From the NCBI GenBank assembly GCA_951406725.2, contig OX597824.1, forward strand, positions 14,260,001-14,324,000: DNA of 64,000 bases, written 5' to 3'. Position numbers and translations under genes: made by a program. A model generated the notes under the pieces. That model was given only the letters and a program-made list of their open reading frames with translations. It was not told the origin of the DNA and searched no databases. Positions 37,321-50,743 of the stretch are shown here, piece after piece. Numbering within the stretch: the first letter of the stretch is position 1; every line of letters begins with the position of its first letter. The stretch is from Octopus vulgaris (taxonomy: Eukaryota).

Positions 37321-39258
37321 GTAAGCCAGCACCGTTTTCTTCCTTACTATCGTTTTTTTTTTTTTTTTTTAAAATATATTTTTCCCTTTTATCTTCCGAA
37401 ATTACAACTTTACTTCGATGTTTCAAATTTTCCCTGGCTGTTTCGTGTATGGCTCGGGGACAGCTGTTTGCCTTTTTTTCGCCAATTGTTCGTCTCATCA
37501 AACTTCTGCAGCATGTTGTTGTTTATTACATATGCGTTGAAACATTGCCCTGTCACTAATTATCACCATGTGCTCGTTTTAAGTTTACACGTTTTAATAA
37601 ATCTTCGGGCTATATTGGAATTCTTGTCTGGTATAAGCTAATAATTATTCTACGTATAATTCGAAAAATACATATCATTCCATCCACCTACATATAAAGT
37701 AATCGAAAGATGTAGAGATTTTATTTTTATTCTAATATTCGATTTAGTAAATGAAACTTAATGATTGATTGATTGATTTTCTACTGTATTTTACATATGC
37801 TTTTATTTATTTTTTAAAGAAGTATAGTATTATTATTTTTTGCTGATTCTCTAATTCTGACTTCCAACCCCAACCCTAACCCTTAATATATTTTTAATTT
37901 AAAAAAAAATTCGAACTTCAAATTGTGTATTGGACTCTTGTACTGTCGCACCTGTTTTAGTCGTTTTCTTAACAGCATAACAGTTTTTCGGTGTTCTTTG
38001 TAATTACACCCATAATGACAGGTAGCTTAAAATGGTAATGCTAATAAAATTCCACACCTTCGAATTACAACGATTCAGTTCGTGGAATCAATTCTAAGTT
38101 TTCTGTTTAGGCGAAAACCAGATTTGATCAAAATTGACCCCTTGATCGTAAGTACTCCAACCCTGACTATCCTGCCTTTTTTCCTGGTATGATGTATCGA
38201 GGATTGCATTATTCAGTATATCCTTCCGCTTTTTATGGCTGTAGTATGTAATTTAAAGCAGATTTGACTTATTTCTAGCCGATCGACCAATTGAAAAGGC
38301 CCTCCTCATTCAAGAGTAATGTTTATGAACTTAACCGCATCTCCTGTTCGGATAGAGTCCCCACCTAGTAGTATAGTACATTAACAAATAGATAATGAGA
38401 GTGTCTCTGAAACTCGATCTGCTAGAAATAACAGCCACGTATTCATTAAATTACACCTCCTCTTCAAAAAAAGACTTTGGATAATGTCCTGGAAACCTGT
38501 CTGGAGAACAAGAACAGGAAGTTATGGCTGGAAGGTCCTTTATCATATCATATCATACATATTTACCAATCTTAACCGGGTCCTAAAGTACCACTATTGC
38601 AAGTGGTCGACCTACTCTGCATTATTAGAACTCTCAGGAAATTCCTTTAACTACATTGTTTAGTTAATATTCTTTATCATTTTCCATGCTGGCATCGGTC
38701 GGACGTTTTGATAGGAGCTGCCCAGGTTCTAATTGTCTGCTTTGGTATGCTTTCTATAGTTGGATTCCCTTCCTAAAGCCAACCATTTTACAGAGTGTAC
38801 TGGGTGCTTTTGACGTGGCACCGACACATTATCCACTTTGATCAGCCCACAATAGTTTAACTATTTACACTTTAAAAGAAATAATCTAAATCTGATATTT
38901 GCTTCCCATCTACAATATGAAACTGATGGTTAGGAATTGTCCTGAGGAAATATTCTTCCATAGTATGGAATACACCAGCTGCAGGAAAGCTCCGGCCGTT
39001 TTAAACAGAATGTAAAAATAAAATTCCTTTCCCATTTTCCCTCAATATTATTTTCTAAATATGAAATAACAAAGTGTCATTGTTGCTTGAATGATTTGTA
39101 GACACTGTAACCAAATCTTCCTCAAATAGCACCCCATTGTGTCTTACAGGAGATTGATGTATTGAATAACATGATCCTAAATATACAATGTCTAGATAAA
39201 AGACAACACAAAATCACGGCTGATCAACCACAAGCAAAGTCGAATACTGGCTCTTTAA

Positions 39259-39470
39259 CCCTTTCGTTACTGTTTTTATTTTGAGATGCTCTGTGTTTCT
39301 CTCAATTAATTCTAAATATAACAAAGAATTTAGTAAAAGAACAGAGTTATCATTAAGCTAGTGTTAGGAACATAAATTGTTTGGTGGAAGATTTTAATTC
39401 AAGACTTACGATAACAAGACATTTGTACTCAGAGCCAGAGCCGGTTTCAGCCAGGTTGGTAACGAAAGGG
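39259..39470. mobile_element. piggyBac-type MITE
   Basis: TTAA TSDs; TIR CCCTTTCGTTAC. Confidence 0.88.
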
Positions 39471-40145
39471 TTAATGGACAGATTATAGATTGTGAAGTTA
39501 AAAATGTTTATCAGTTGGTGTTGCGTTGTTCCTGGGGTAGCAGTAACCTTTAGTGTTGGGGATGGCAGACCTTAAGAACTTTTCTTTTTTTTTTTGTTGT
39601 TGATTACTTGCATTCTTTATTACAGTAATTTGATTAAACACAAACTCTTTAAATGTTTTAATGATGCTTTCAAATTGCATGTTGATAATGAATGTTAGTC
39701 AGTCATGGTGAATTGGAAGCAGCACCTCTGCAGAGCACAGAAACTGTTCAAAATGTCTAAAGTGTCAAAGAACAAAATTGGATATGAAGCAGAAGTTTCT
39801 GGTTATTAACAATTACATTCAAAACACTGGATTAAATTAATTAGTAGTCATTAAAAAGAGGGAATCGGAGAAGTGATATATCCTTAGAAATGATAAAACC
39901 TACTTTGGGGTTTCTCAGTTCTTGGTTATATATATATCATTGTTTTTAATTTCTCTTTCATTCATGGCATCATCATCATTTAATGGCCATTTTCCATGTT
40001 GGCAAGAGTTGAACGATTTAACAGGAGCCATTGCCTGCTTTGGCATGGCTTCTACAGTTGGATGCCTTTTCCTAACGCCAACCACTTGACAATGTACTGG
40101 GTGCTTTTTTTATGTGATGCCAACACCAGTGCAATTCATGTTTTA

Positions 40146-40181
<36 letters not shown>

Positions 40182-40290
40182 GCACACACACACACACAAT
40201 TTGTTTTTATGAATGCCTATTTTCAAACTGATGACTGTTCTGGTTCAAGCACTACTGATAAATTGAAGCAATGATCAAGGAACATTTTCT

Positions 40291-40746
40291 AACTAACTTG
40301 ACTTGACAGCATTCACTCGGGTTGGGTTGAGCTGGCTTCATTCATCCTCAATGCTGCATCTCTCACAAACGCTGACCAGGCCTGGCGATTTGAGGCTAAT
40401 GACCGTGTGATCTCCAACCACTCCTTATTCCAGCGGTGAATGCCGTAGATATGGGGGCCTAGGTTGGGTTCCAGATCAGCCTTGACTGTCATCAGCCAGG
40501 TTTTTCGTTGTCCACCACATCGGTTTCGCCAACCCTGAAGGGGAGCTGGGGCAATTGTTTCGTAGATGAATTCTCCTGGTTGACGCTGGAGGGCATGACC
40601 CAGCCAACGCAGATGTCTTGTTGGGATGACTTGTCGGAGGGAGGTGATTCTGCACTGGTGTTGCACCGAATTGTTGGAGACAAAGTGATGCCATCGGACA
40701 CGAAGGATGCGGCATAGGCAGAGGTGATTGAAGGATTCTAGTCGCA
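40291..40746 (-). mobile_element. RTE-type LINE 3' fragment
   Basis: RILRVRW...LRWLGH...RKTW peptide; short (TCAAG)n-like tail. Confidence 0.8.
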
Positions 40747-40891
40747 AGGATCCTTATTTGATCCTTCAAATATTCCTCAAATAAGGAACATTTTATTTGG
40801 TATTTGTATGCATTCTCATTCAAAAACTGTCTATTCATCAAATGTTAATGGATTTGAACTGTAAATCTTTCAAAATTCTCCATATAATAAA

Positions 40892-40970
40892 GCCTAGTGA
40901 TGAGAGGTCTGACAAGCATAGACGGTATGCTAATGAACTTCTTTGGGTAATCCACCTGTCTGATCAAGGC
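40892..40970 (+). ncRNA. Candidate intronic box C/D snoRNA
   Basis: GCCT/AGGC terminal stem, C box GTGATGA 40897, CTGA 40909, hairpin AGCATA/TATGCT, D box CTGA 40960. Confidence 0.3.
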
Positions 40971-41222
40971 AGACCCTTACTTTACTATGGTAATGGCAGG
41001 GAAGCAGCTTCAAAGCCCTGTTGAATACTTGGCATGTCAAGAGTGTCGTGAGTAATTGGCACCAGTCACAGTACTGTCGAGAAAAAAAATGGTCCAATTT
41101 TTTTACTGATAAGTTACACTATTCTGTAACTCCTGGTAAATTAACATAATGTTCCTGTATGATATGCAGATTCTCAGGTCCCCAGTAGCTGCAATTGTGG
41201 TTAATTGAGCCATTTAATTTAA

Positions 41223-41443
41223 CCCTTTCGTTACTGTATTTATTTTGAGTTGCTCTGTGTTTCTTTCAGTTACTTTAAATCTAACAAAGAATTTAGTAAA
41301 GTAACTTAGTTATCATTCAGCTAGTGTTAGGAACATAAATTGTGACTAAGGTTTGGTGGAAGATTTTAATTCAAAACTTATGAAAACAAGACATCTGTAC
41401 TAAAGAGCCAGAGCTGGTTTCGGCTGGGTTGATAACAAAAGGG
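41223..41443. mobile_element. piggyBac-type MITE
   Basis: TTAA TSDs, same family as 39259. Confidence 0.88.
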
Positions 41444-41951
41444 TTAAATGTGGCCACATCACTCTAAATAATCTTTGTTGGAAAGTGTGCATTTTTGATA
41501 CATTTTGCCAAATACCTCTCACAAAACTCCATTCTTCAGTCAGGATCATTTTGTTTTGAGAACATGGACTATTCTTGGACTATAACTTTTCCAATAACAA
41601 TTCTTCAAAATGTGATGCTCACTTGATATTGAAATTCTGCCAATTCATTTGTCTTCCAGAATATTTCTTGTGGACATTCTGACCAGTTCTTTCTACTTCA
41701 GGCTCATCTCTAATTGGAATGATGTTGAGTTGCATAGGTGGTTCTGTTTGTATTTCACCCCCAAACTATCTTTGCATTTCAACTGCATATTTCAAGCTTC
41801 CTGTAGCACTTTAGGCTAAATTTCCTGTGTTAAAAGTTTTCTCTGGTTCCCTTTGTTATTTCTCAAGGGTTAATCTAAAAAGAAATGAAAATTGAATTAT
41901 CAGCAGTTAAAGTGTATATACATTTTGGGGGACATCCTGTATATGTATATA

Positions 41952-41984
<33 letters not shown>

Positions 41985-42329
41985 CATCATCATCATCATC
42001 ATTTAACGTCCACTTTCCATGCTAGCATGAGTTGGACAGAGGACTGGGAAGCCAGGAGGCTGCACCAGGCTCCAATTTGATCTGGCAAGGTTTCTGCAGC
42101 TGGATGCCCTTCCTAATGCCAACCACTCCAAGAGTGTAGTGGGTGCTTTTTACATGCCACCAGCACAGGGGCGAGTCAGGTAGCACTGGCATCAGCCACG
42201 ATTTCGCTTGACTCAACCGGTTTTCTCAAGCACAGTGTATTGCCCGACAATTGAAGGATACTCTTAAACAGGCCGGTTATGCGATACTGGCATTGTCCAA
42301 AGCACTTGACTTGCCAGGTCTTCTCAATC

Positions 42330-43615
42330 ACAGCATATCTCTAAAGATCTCAGTCGCTTGTGATGGACTCTGTGAGGCCCAGCATTTGAAAGTTGTGCTT
42401 CACCACCTCATCCCATGTCTTCCTGCGTCTACCTTTTCCACAAGTTCCCTCCACTGTTAGGGTGTAATACTTCTTCATACAGCTGTCCTCATCCATACGA
42501 AACACATGACCATACCAGTGCAGTCTTCTCGCTTGCACACCATATCTGCTGCTTCTTATCTCCAACTTTTGTCTCAGGGTGCTTGCATTCTGTCGTATAT
42601 GCACACTGACATTACACATCCAGTGGAGCATACAAACTTCCTTTCTTTCAACCCTATGCATGTCCTCAGCAGTCACAGCTCATGTTTCACTGCCGTGTAA
42701 CATGGCTGTTCACACACATGCATACAGTCTACCTTTCATTCTGAGCAAGAGGCCCTTTGTTACCAGCAAAGGTAGGAGCTCCCTGGACTTTGTCTAGGCT
42801 ATTCTTATTCTCAGAGCATCACCCCCACTACTGACTTGGTCACTTAGGCAGTGGAAGCTATCAACTATTTCTAGTTTTTTCCCCTGGCATGTGATGGAAT
42901 CTGTTTTTTGTGCATCTTCGGTGTTTATTGCCCCTGTGCATCTGCCACACACAAACTGTCTTGCCAGTTCACCTTCCTTTGATGTTGCTTCACCTCTTAT
43001 GCGTCCTTAACTTACACTAGGTACATCTTATGGAGTTTCTATGTATGCCTTTTCTACAGATCAAACAGGGCTATTTACCTGAAGTGGGGTTGTGATTTGT
43101 CGACCTTCCTACTTACTAAGACTTTGGTTTTTGCTAGATTGACTTTAAGGTCCTTCAATTCTACACCTTGCTTCCACACTTGTAACTTCTATTAGAACAA
43201 GGTCATTAGTACATAGAGGAATTCCCAGAGGCAGCCTGTTTGAATTACTCTGTTATTGCCTGGAGGACTATGACGAATAAGAGGGGGCTGAGGACTGATC
43301 CTTGGTGATCCCCTACATCTACCCAGAATTCTTCACTCTACTCATTGCCAACCCTCACCTTACTGACAGTATCTCTGTACATGACTTGAACAGCTCTCAC
43401 CAACCACTCATCTATCCCTAGTTTCTGCATTGACCACTAGATAAGTGATTGGGGTACCCTGTCAAAGGCTTTCTCCTTGTCAACGAAGGCCAACTACAGA
43501 GGTTTATCTTTGGCTAACAATTTCTCCTGCAGCTATATTACCAGAAATATAGCATCAGTTGTGCTTCTCTGGCACAAACCTAAACTGCATCTTGTCTAAA
43601 CTAACTCTCTCCCTG
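42330..43615 (-). mobile_element. RTE-type LINE (RT C-terminal part), decayed
   Basis: Minus strand carries the FVDKEKAFDRV, G(D/V)HQGSVLSPLLF and LHWYGHV motifs. Confidence 0.85.
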
Positions 43616-44164
43616 CTATATATATATATATCATCATCATCATCATCGTTTAACATCCGCTATCCATGCTAGCATGGGTTGGATGATTTGACTGGGGGCT
43701 GGTGAACCAGATGGCTGCACCAGGCTCCAATCTGATCTGGCAGAGTTTCTACAGCTGGATGCCTTTCCTAATGCGAGCCACTCCGAGAGTGTAGTGGGTG
43801 CTATTACGTACCACCGGCACGAGGGCCAGCCAGGCGGTACTGGCAACGGCCATGCTCAAATGGTGTTTTTTATGTGCCACCTGCACAGGAGCTAGTGCAG
43901 CAGCTCTAGCAACGACCTCGCTCAAATGTTTTTTCACGTGCCAGTAAGGCGACACTGGTAACGATCATGTTCGAATGGTGCTTTTAACATGCCACTTGCA
44001 GGGAAGCCAGTCAGCTGCTCTGGCAACGATCACGCTCAAATATATATGTGTGTGTGTATCCTGTTTTTCTTTTCAAGATGTTTTAAGACTGACTTCAGTG
44101 CTAAACATGTACAGTTATCTTCAAATTTTCCCATTTTTAATAGTTGATTTGTTTATATTTTCAG

Positions 44165-44311
44165 GAAAGTTTACCAAAAAGTAAAAAGAGAAAAAAATCT
44201 CTCGATGAAACAACTTCTACGGCTGAGAGTCTGAATCTGGTTGCACTTGGCACTACAGCTGGAAATGTCTTTTTGTACAGTGTGTTAAAGGGTGATGTAC
44301 ACAGTCGTTTG
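44165..44311 (+). CDS. WDR43: WDR43 exon 2
   Basis: TTCAG|ESLPKSKKRKK...LVALGTTAGNVFLYSVLKGDVHSRL|GTAAGT; phases 0/0. Confidence 0.93.
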
Positions 44312-44547
44312 GTAAGTTAGGTTTTTAATTTGTGATAAATGACAGTAATTGAACACTTTTATTGTTGATTAGTCCTAGATCAGCCCTGATCCAGAAGATC
44401 TATAATCCAAGTGGTTACAATTGTGACCCTCCCATCTTTTATTCATATGTAGTGTACAGTTGGCAACAATAAATGCATCTTGACTATGTCCAACCAATAT
44501 CACCATTGAAAAATGGACATAAAATCAACATCTTTAATCGAAAAATT

Positions 44548-45556
44548 GGATCTTGCTAAGTTTCTTCAGACTCCTTGGATTTCAAATTTTCTACATATTT
44601 TTGCTTCCTGGTGGCAAAAATCACACTCCCCACTTTCAGAAATTAATAATAAAATTATGTGATTTTACCCAACTGAGCGCTTCCATTGTTCATACACTGG
44701 ATGTCAAAACTATTTGTTGTCATGACAACTTTGAATGAATAATAAGTAATTTAACAAAAGAAAAGTAATTTTTTTTTTCTCATCTAAAAGACTTTATTAC
44801 ACATTTCTATCGTTTTTCAAATAAAATACATTTTTTCACAATTGTGGTGTCATATGAACTTGCAGAGATACAAATCCTCTATAGAATGAATACCACAGCA
44901 CTGTTTATTCCCCCACACTTGAGACAGGCCCAATTACTTTCTACTTGTTGAGTGTGGGGTCCCATCTTGCAAGTCGACAAACTTAGTAACATCGTTCACT
45001 GTTCTCTGCCAAAATTGGTACCTGGTATTTCAGGAATGTATGAGTGTGTTTGCCATGGGTCACTGTAAATCATTGTTCTTGGCAGAATTAATTGTCAAAT
45101 GCACATTTCAAGTGTGTCATGATCCAAAGAAGGCACAGTGAAAAGCAAACTCTCTGTATTTTGCAACATGCTGCTGAAAACCCAGTTTTGGGTACTATTT
45201 GACCCCTGTTGTATTTTTGCCTCAAAAATACGGTTTCATCAATTTCAACAAATCTGCTGGGATTTACAGGGATGCAGGGCAAATCTTCTTTACAAATAAT
45301 TTTTATAATGGGTAAACAACGATACACAGGAGTTACCATGACAACAAATAGTTTTTTTGACTTCTGATGTTTGAATAATGGAGGCATTCAATTGGATAAA
45401 TTTCCTTAAATTTTAAATGCTTATAACTTCTTCATTATTAATTTCTTGAGAAAATGTGATTTTCATCATCAGCAGGAGAAAAAAAACATCAAAAATACAT
45501 TTTTTGAAAATATTAAGGTGAAAATTTGAGTGGTTGGAAGAACTTTAACAAGATCT
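44548..45556 (-). mobile_element. Merlin (IS1016/ISXO2-like) DNA transposon remnant
   Basis: VEIDETVFLRQKYNRG motif; imperfect TIRs GATCTTG(C/T)TAA... Confidence 0.75.
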
Positions 45557-45564
45557 TATTAGAG

Positions 45565-45829
45565 CAGTGGTTCCCAAACTTTTTCGGGCTGCTGCCCCCT
45601 TGACACCCAGACCACATTCCTAGCACCTCCACCCCAACTAACCCTCACAAGCATAGACCTCTTTCTGAAGCAAACTGAAGGCATTTGTATTTCACAAATA
45701 AAACTTAACCTAATGAACCCATTATTTTGTTGTTTTTGCATGAATCGCTACCCCACTTTTCTTCAACACCCCTTTGGAACTTTCCACCGCCTCCAGGAGA
45801 GCAATACCACCCCACTTTGGGAACCACTG
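45565..45829. mobile_element. hAT (Charlie-like) MITE
   Basis: TIR CAGTGGTTCCCAAA; 8-bp TSD TATTAGAG/TATGAGAG. Confidence 0.85.
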
Positions 45830-46216
45830 TATGAGAGCTTAATAGCTATTACTGTGACATTAAAAGCATCCGGTACATTCTGTAAAGTAGTTGACATTAA
45901 GAAGGGCATCCAACCATAAAAAAGCTTTGCCAAAGCAGACAATTGGAACCTGGTGCAGCCATCCAGCTTGCCAACTCCTGTTAGACTGTCCAGCCCATGC
46001 CAGTATTAAAAATGGACATTAAATGATGAGGGTGTCCTAGTGAGGGTGTTCTGCAATGGGCATAAGAAACTACATCACTTGGTTGGAAATTGGTTTGGAG
46101 AGAAAAAAGATGTCCAAGACAATATTGTATGGCAGTTTGTGAGAGAAACTCTTTACAATAAAAGAAAAAGATCCCCTATTAGTTTATAGAGCCATTATTA
46201 TATTCAAGTAGGTATT

Positions 46217-46505
46217 AACCAGATCAAGCCGAAACTGTCGCTGGAAGCTAGGATCACCAAGCATAGATCTGCATATTTTGGTCATATTATGCAGAGAAAA
46301 TCCCTGGAGAAGGACATCCTGCTCGGAATGGTCAGTGGCAAGAGAGGAAGAGGCTGACCAAGAACCCACTGGCTTGACACCATCAAGAGTGACACGGGAA
46401 TGGCCATGGCTAATCTGAAAGAAGCGACCCGAGATAGAACTGGCTGGAGAACACTGATCCATCGAGTGACCGGGAGTTGACTTCAACTGAGCGGATAGAT
46501 AGATA
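46217..46505 (+). mobile_element. RTE (BovB-like) LINE 3' end
   Basis: SLEARITK...YFGHIMQRKSLEKDILLG...DRTGWR peptide, (AGAT)n tail, possible TSD TAGGTAT. Confidence 0.8.
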
Positions 46506-46904
46506 GGTATGGGTAGCAAATTGGTAGAATGCTTAGAACATGGAATAATGTTTCTCTGCAGTCTGGGTTCAAGCCCAGCTGAAATCAACTTGGCCTTTCA
46601 TCTTTTCAGGGTCAATAGATAAAATACCAATCTAGGGCAGTGAATTGGTGGAGCTGTTACAGTGGTGGTTAAGGTGCTGCCTTGTGGTCACTGTTTTAGC
46701 TCTTTTGTATCATCACCATCATCATTGTTTTACGTACGCTTTCCATGCTGGCATGGGTTGAACAATTTGATTGAGGACTGGCACCAGGCTCCAATCTGAT
46801 CTGGCAAAGTTTCAACAGCTAGATGCCCTTCCTAACGTCAACCACTCCGAGAGTGTAGTGGGTGCTTTTTATGTGCCACCAGCACGGGGCAGTCAGGCAG
46901 CACT

Positions 46905-48100
46905 GACATTCCAAAGGTCTTGGTCACTTGTCATTGCCTCTGTGAGGTCCAACGTTCGAAGGTCATACTTCACCACCTCATCCCATGTCTTCTTGGGTCT
47001 ACCTCTTCCACAGGTTCCCTCCACTGTTAGGGTGTAATACTTCTTCATACAGCTGTCCTCGTCCATATGCAACACATGACCATACCAGTGCAGTCTTCTC
47101 TCTTGCACACCACATCTGCTGCTTCTTATCTCCAACTTTTGTCTCAGGGCGCTTACATTCTGCCATATATGCACAGACATCACACATTCAGTGGAGCATA
47201 CTAGCTTCATTTCTTTCAAGCCTACACATGTCCCCAGCAATCAGCCCATGTTTCACTGCCGTGTAGCATGACTGTTTCCATACGTGCATCATACAGTCTA
47301 CCTTTCACTCTGAGCAAGAGGCCCTTTGTTACCAGCAAAGGTAGGAACTCTCTGAACTTTGCCCAAGCTATTCTTATTCTTGCAGCTACACTACTGCATC
47401 CACCCCCACTACTGATTTGGTCACCTAGGCAGTGGAAGCTATCAATTACTTCTAGTTTTTTCCCCTGGCATGTGATGGAATCTGTTTTCTGTACATCTTC
47501 GGCGTTTATTGCCCCTGTGCATCTGCACACACAAACTATCTTGCTAGTTCACCTTCCTTTGATGTTGCTTCACCTCTTATGTGTCCTTAACTTATACTAG
47601 GTACATCTTATGGAGTTTCTATGTATGCCTTTTCTACAGATCAAGCAGGGCCATTAACCTGAAGTGGGGTTGTGATTTGTCCACCTTCCTACTTACTAAG
47701 ACTTTGGTTTTTGCAAGATTGACTCTAAGGCCCTTCTTTTCTAGACCTTGCTTCCACACCTAAAACTTCTCCTCTAGTTCTGGTAGGGACTCAGCTATTA
47801 GAGCAAAGCCATTAGTGCATAGAGGAGCTCCCAGGGACAGCCAGTTGAATTCCTCTGTTATTGCCTGGAGGACTATGACGAATAAGAGGGGGCTGAGGAC
47901 TGATCCTTGGTGAACCCCTACTTCTACCCAGAATTCTTCACTCTACTCATTGCCAACCCTCACCTTACTGACAGTATCTCTGTACATGACTTGAACAGCT
48001 CTCACCAACCACTCATCTATCCCTAGTTTCTGCATTGGCCACTAGATAAGAGATCGGGAGACCCTGTCAAAGGCTTTCTCCATGTCAACGAAGGCCCAAC
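46905..48100 (-). mobile_element. RTE-type LINE, decayed
   Basis: Highly similar to 42330-43495. Confidence 0.85.
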
Positions 48101-48505
48101 AGTAATATCCGTAAGAACACTAGGGAAAAACTGCACCAGCCCTTGCCTTCCAATCATTGATGATGTCAAGAAGCGAGACTTCTGTGTGTAGTTAAATTAC
48201 TGGTCTTTCATGTAAAAGAAAATCCTCTCTATCTTTTGGAGAGGTACATTCCATTTGCTGGTTTTGGTTTCACAAGACTTTTCAGATTTGATCTGTTCCA
48301 ACAGATTGATTAGTTATTGCATTTTCATAACTATTTTTACTCTCTGCTCATTGTGTAGTAGTGTTGTCGATAGAGGTGCATTTGCGTTGATTGAGGTGTG
48401 TGGTGTGCCTTTTCTACAAACTTTTGTGTAATTCCTGTTTTGAAATTTCATGACATTTAGTCATTCAAATTAACCCTTCACTCACTTTCTACTCTTCTTT
48501 AATAG

Positions 48506-48627
48506 GAAAACGGTCACAGTCTCATTGTAAATGATATCTGCTGGCATCCAGAAAGAAATGTTTTATACACATGTTCCAGTGATCAGTACATTGCGGAGTG
48601 GGATCTATCACTTGGTAAAGTAAATCA
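48506..48627 (+). CDS. WDR43: WDR43 exon 3
   Basis: AATAG|ENGHSLIVNDICWHPERNVLYTCSSDQYIAEWDL...|GTAAGT; phases 0/2. Confidence 0.93.
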
Positions 48628-48924
48628 GTAAGTAGACACATTTCCATGCCTTGCTGCTCGTACACTGCACCTCACAATTACCACTAACTTCCAGACAAGC
48701 CAACAACAGTGCCTCTACTTAGCCACTCCACTTGATTTATAATAAAAGCAGCCAAGTGTTACTCAAATGAAATTTCATTGTCTTAAGAAAAAAAACAACA
48801 TATTAGATGATGTGGTGCTAGATAGATATAGCCATATTTGAAAATGTCAGGCTGATCATTGCCGGAATATTTTCTCTCCTAGGGCTGCATTCTATAAATA
48901 TATTCTGTATGATTCTCTCTTTCT

Positions 48925-49305
48925 CTCTTTTACTTGTTTCAGTCATTTGACTGCGGCCATACTGGAGCACCGCCTTTAGCCGAGCAAATCAACCCCAGGA
49001 CTTATTCTTTGGAAGCCTAGTACTTATTCTATTGGGCTCTTTTGCCGAACCGCTAAGTTATGGGGACATAAACACACCAGCATCGGTTGTCAAGCGATGT
49101 TGGGGGGGACAAACACACACACACATATATATACATATATACGATGGGCTTCTTTCAGTTTCTGTCTACCAAATCCACTCACAATGCTTTGGTTGGCCCG
49201 AGGCTATAGTAGAAGACACTTGCCCAATGTGCCATGAAGTGGGACTGAACCTGGAACCATGTGGTTGGTAAGCAAGCTACATACCACACAGCCACTCCTG
49301 TGCCT
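48925..49305 (-). mobile_element. tRNA-derived SINE
   Basis: Same family as 31750-32147. Confidence 0.82.
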
Positions 49306-50444
49306 ATACTTCTACATAATTAGCCACATCATTTATGGCTTAACTGCTATATGTTAGATCTGAGAGGCTATGGCACAAGTTCTTTTTGAAAATGGTGTTT
49401 GGATACAGAATGAATAATGATTACTATTTAGATCAACTGTTTATAAATGAAACAGATTGAGGTGATTAAATTATGCCTAATCCATGCTGAGTATTTTATT
49501 GACCCTGGTGGACTCTCAACTCGGAACAGACAGACAAAAATAATGTAAAGCAGTCGTAGCTTCGTATATATCGGGTTTGATTCATAACTGCTTGGATTCA
49601 GGTTCTGTCCATTGTATGGCACCTTAGGCAAGTGTCTTAACTATAACCTAGGACCAACCACTGTTTTGTGAGACAAATTGAGGCAGAAACTGTGAAAGTC
49701 TCACGTGTACATGTGTATGTCAGTGGGAATGCTTATATGCCACTGCTTTGCATAAATGTGTTGAGCAAAGAAAAATAATTATAAAATGGGACAATATGTT
49801 GACATTCCCTGCTAACAAATCACCTTCCATCTCTGTACTTTTGAAGACCAGTGGAATAAAAAAAAAAAAAAACAATCCCTTGAAAAACAGGTAAAGGTTA
49901 GTAACAGGATTGACATCCAGCTGTAGATGCCTCGTTAAATATTCATCCATGCCAACGCCGCCTCAACTGGCTTCTGTGCCGGTGGCACATAAAAAGCACC
50001 ACCCAAACGTGGCCAATGCCAGCACCGCCTTGGCTGGCTTCCGTGCCGGTGGCACGTTAAAAGCACCAGCCGATCGTGGCCAATGCCAGACTCCCCTGGC
50101 ACCTGTGAAGGTGGCACATAAAAAGCACCCACTACACTCGTGGAGTGGTTGGCGTTAGGAAGGTCATCCAGCTGTAGAAACACTGCCAGATCAGACTGGA
50201 GCCTGTTCCCAGACCCCGGTCGAACCGTCCAGCCTGTGCTAGCGTGGAAAACGGACGTTAACCGATGATGATGATGAATATTTGCAATGAAGCAGTTGGA
50301 AATAGTAACCAGTGGGGCTGTTATTCTTCAGATGTAACATAAAATAGAATTAAATAAAAAAGATTTCACTGTGAACTAGTTTTATCTTTGCTTGAAAATA
50401 ATTACTCAGTGCTGCTGAAACATTTGTTCAGGAGGCAGTGCGTA

Positions 50445-50565
50445 GCAGACTTGAAAGTAGACAGTCAGTTGCGGATCTGTGGAATAAGCTGCTGGACGAG
50501 TTAGTGAAGATGCCGACAACCGTTCAGTTCAAAGTCTCCCTTGACCACAAATGGCCTGAACTCAA
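50445..50565 (+). mobile_element. CR1-type LINE 3' fragment
   Basis: VADLWNKLLDELV...QFKVSLD resembles the CR1 C-terminal WNxLP...FKxxLD motif. Confidence 0.6.
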
Positions 50566-50625
50566 GTTTCAACAGTTTACAAACATTTGCATTTTGCTTA
50601 TTATTCTTGGTTGCTTGTATTTCAG

Positions 50626-50743
50626 TAAATGGAAAGCTAGCAACAATATATTACAGAGCATATGTCTACCATCAAAGAACACATTAATATCAGCTGGGAA
50701 CCTTATTAAATTATGGGATCTCGATAAATATGAAGTAATAAAG
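50626..50743 (+). CDS. WDR43: WDR43 exon 4
   Basis: TTCAG|(H)KWKASNN...LISAGNLIKLWDLDKYEVIK|GTAAG; phases 2/0. Confidence 0.93.

Noticed and set aside
37321-37641. Extension of the 179-aa ORF past WDR43 exon 1
   Set aside because: Read-through into the intron after the GTAAG donor; similarity stops there
49415-49495. Second C/D snoRNA-like stretch (ATGATTA...CTGA)
   Set aside because: Imperfect C box, AT-only stem, no recognisable guide; expected by chance
50438-50625. CR1 fragment in frame with WDR43 exon 4 (possible exonisation)
   Set aside because: In-frame upstream AGs lack a polypyrimidine tract; probably coincidental
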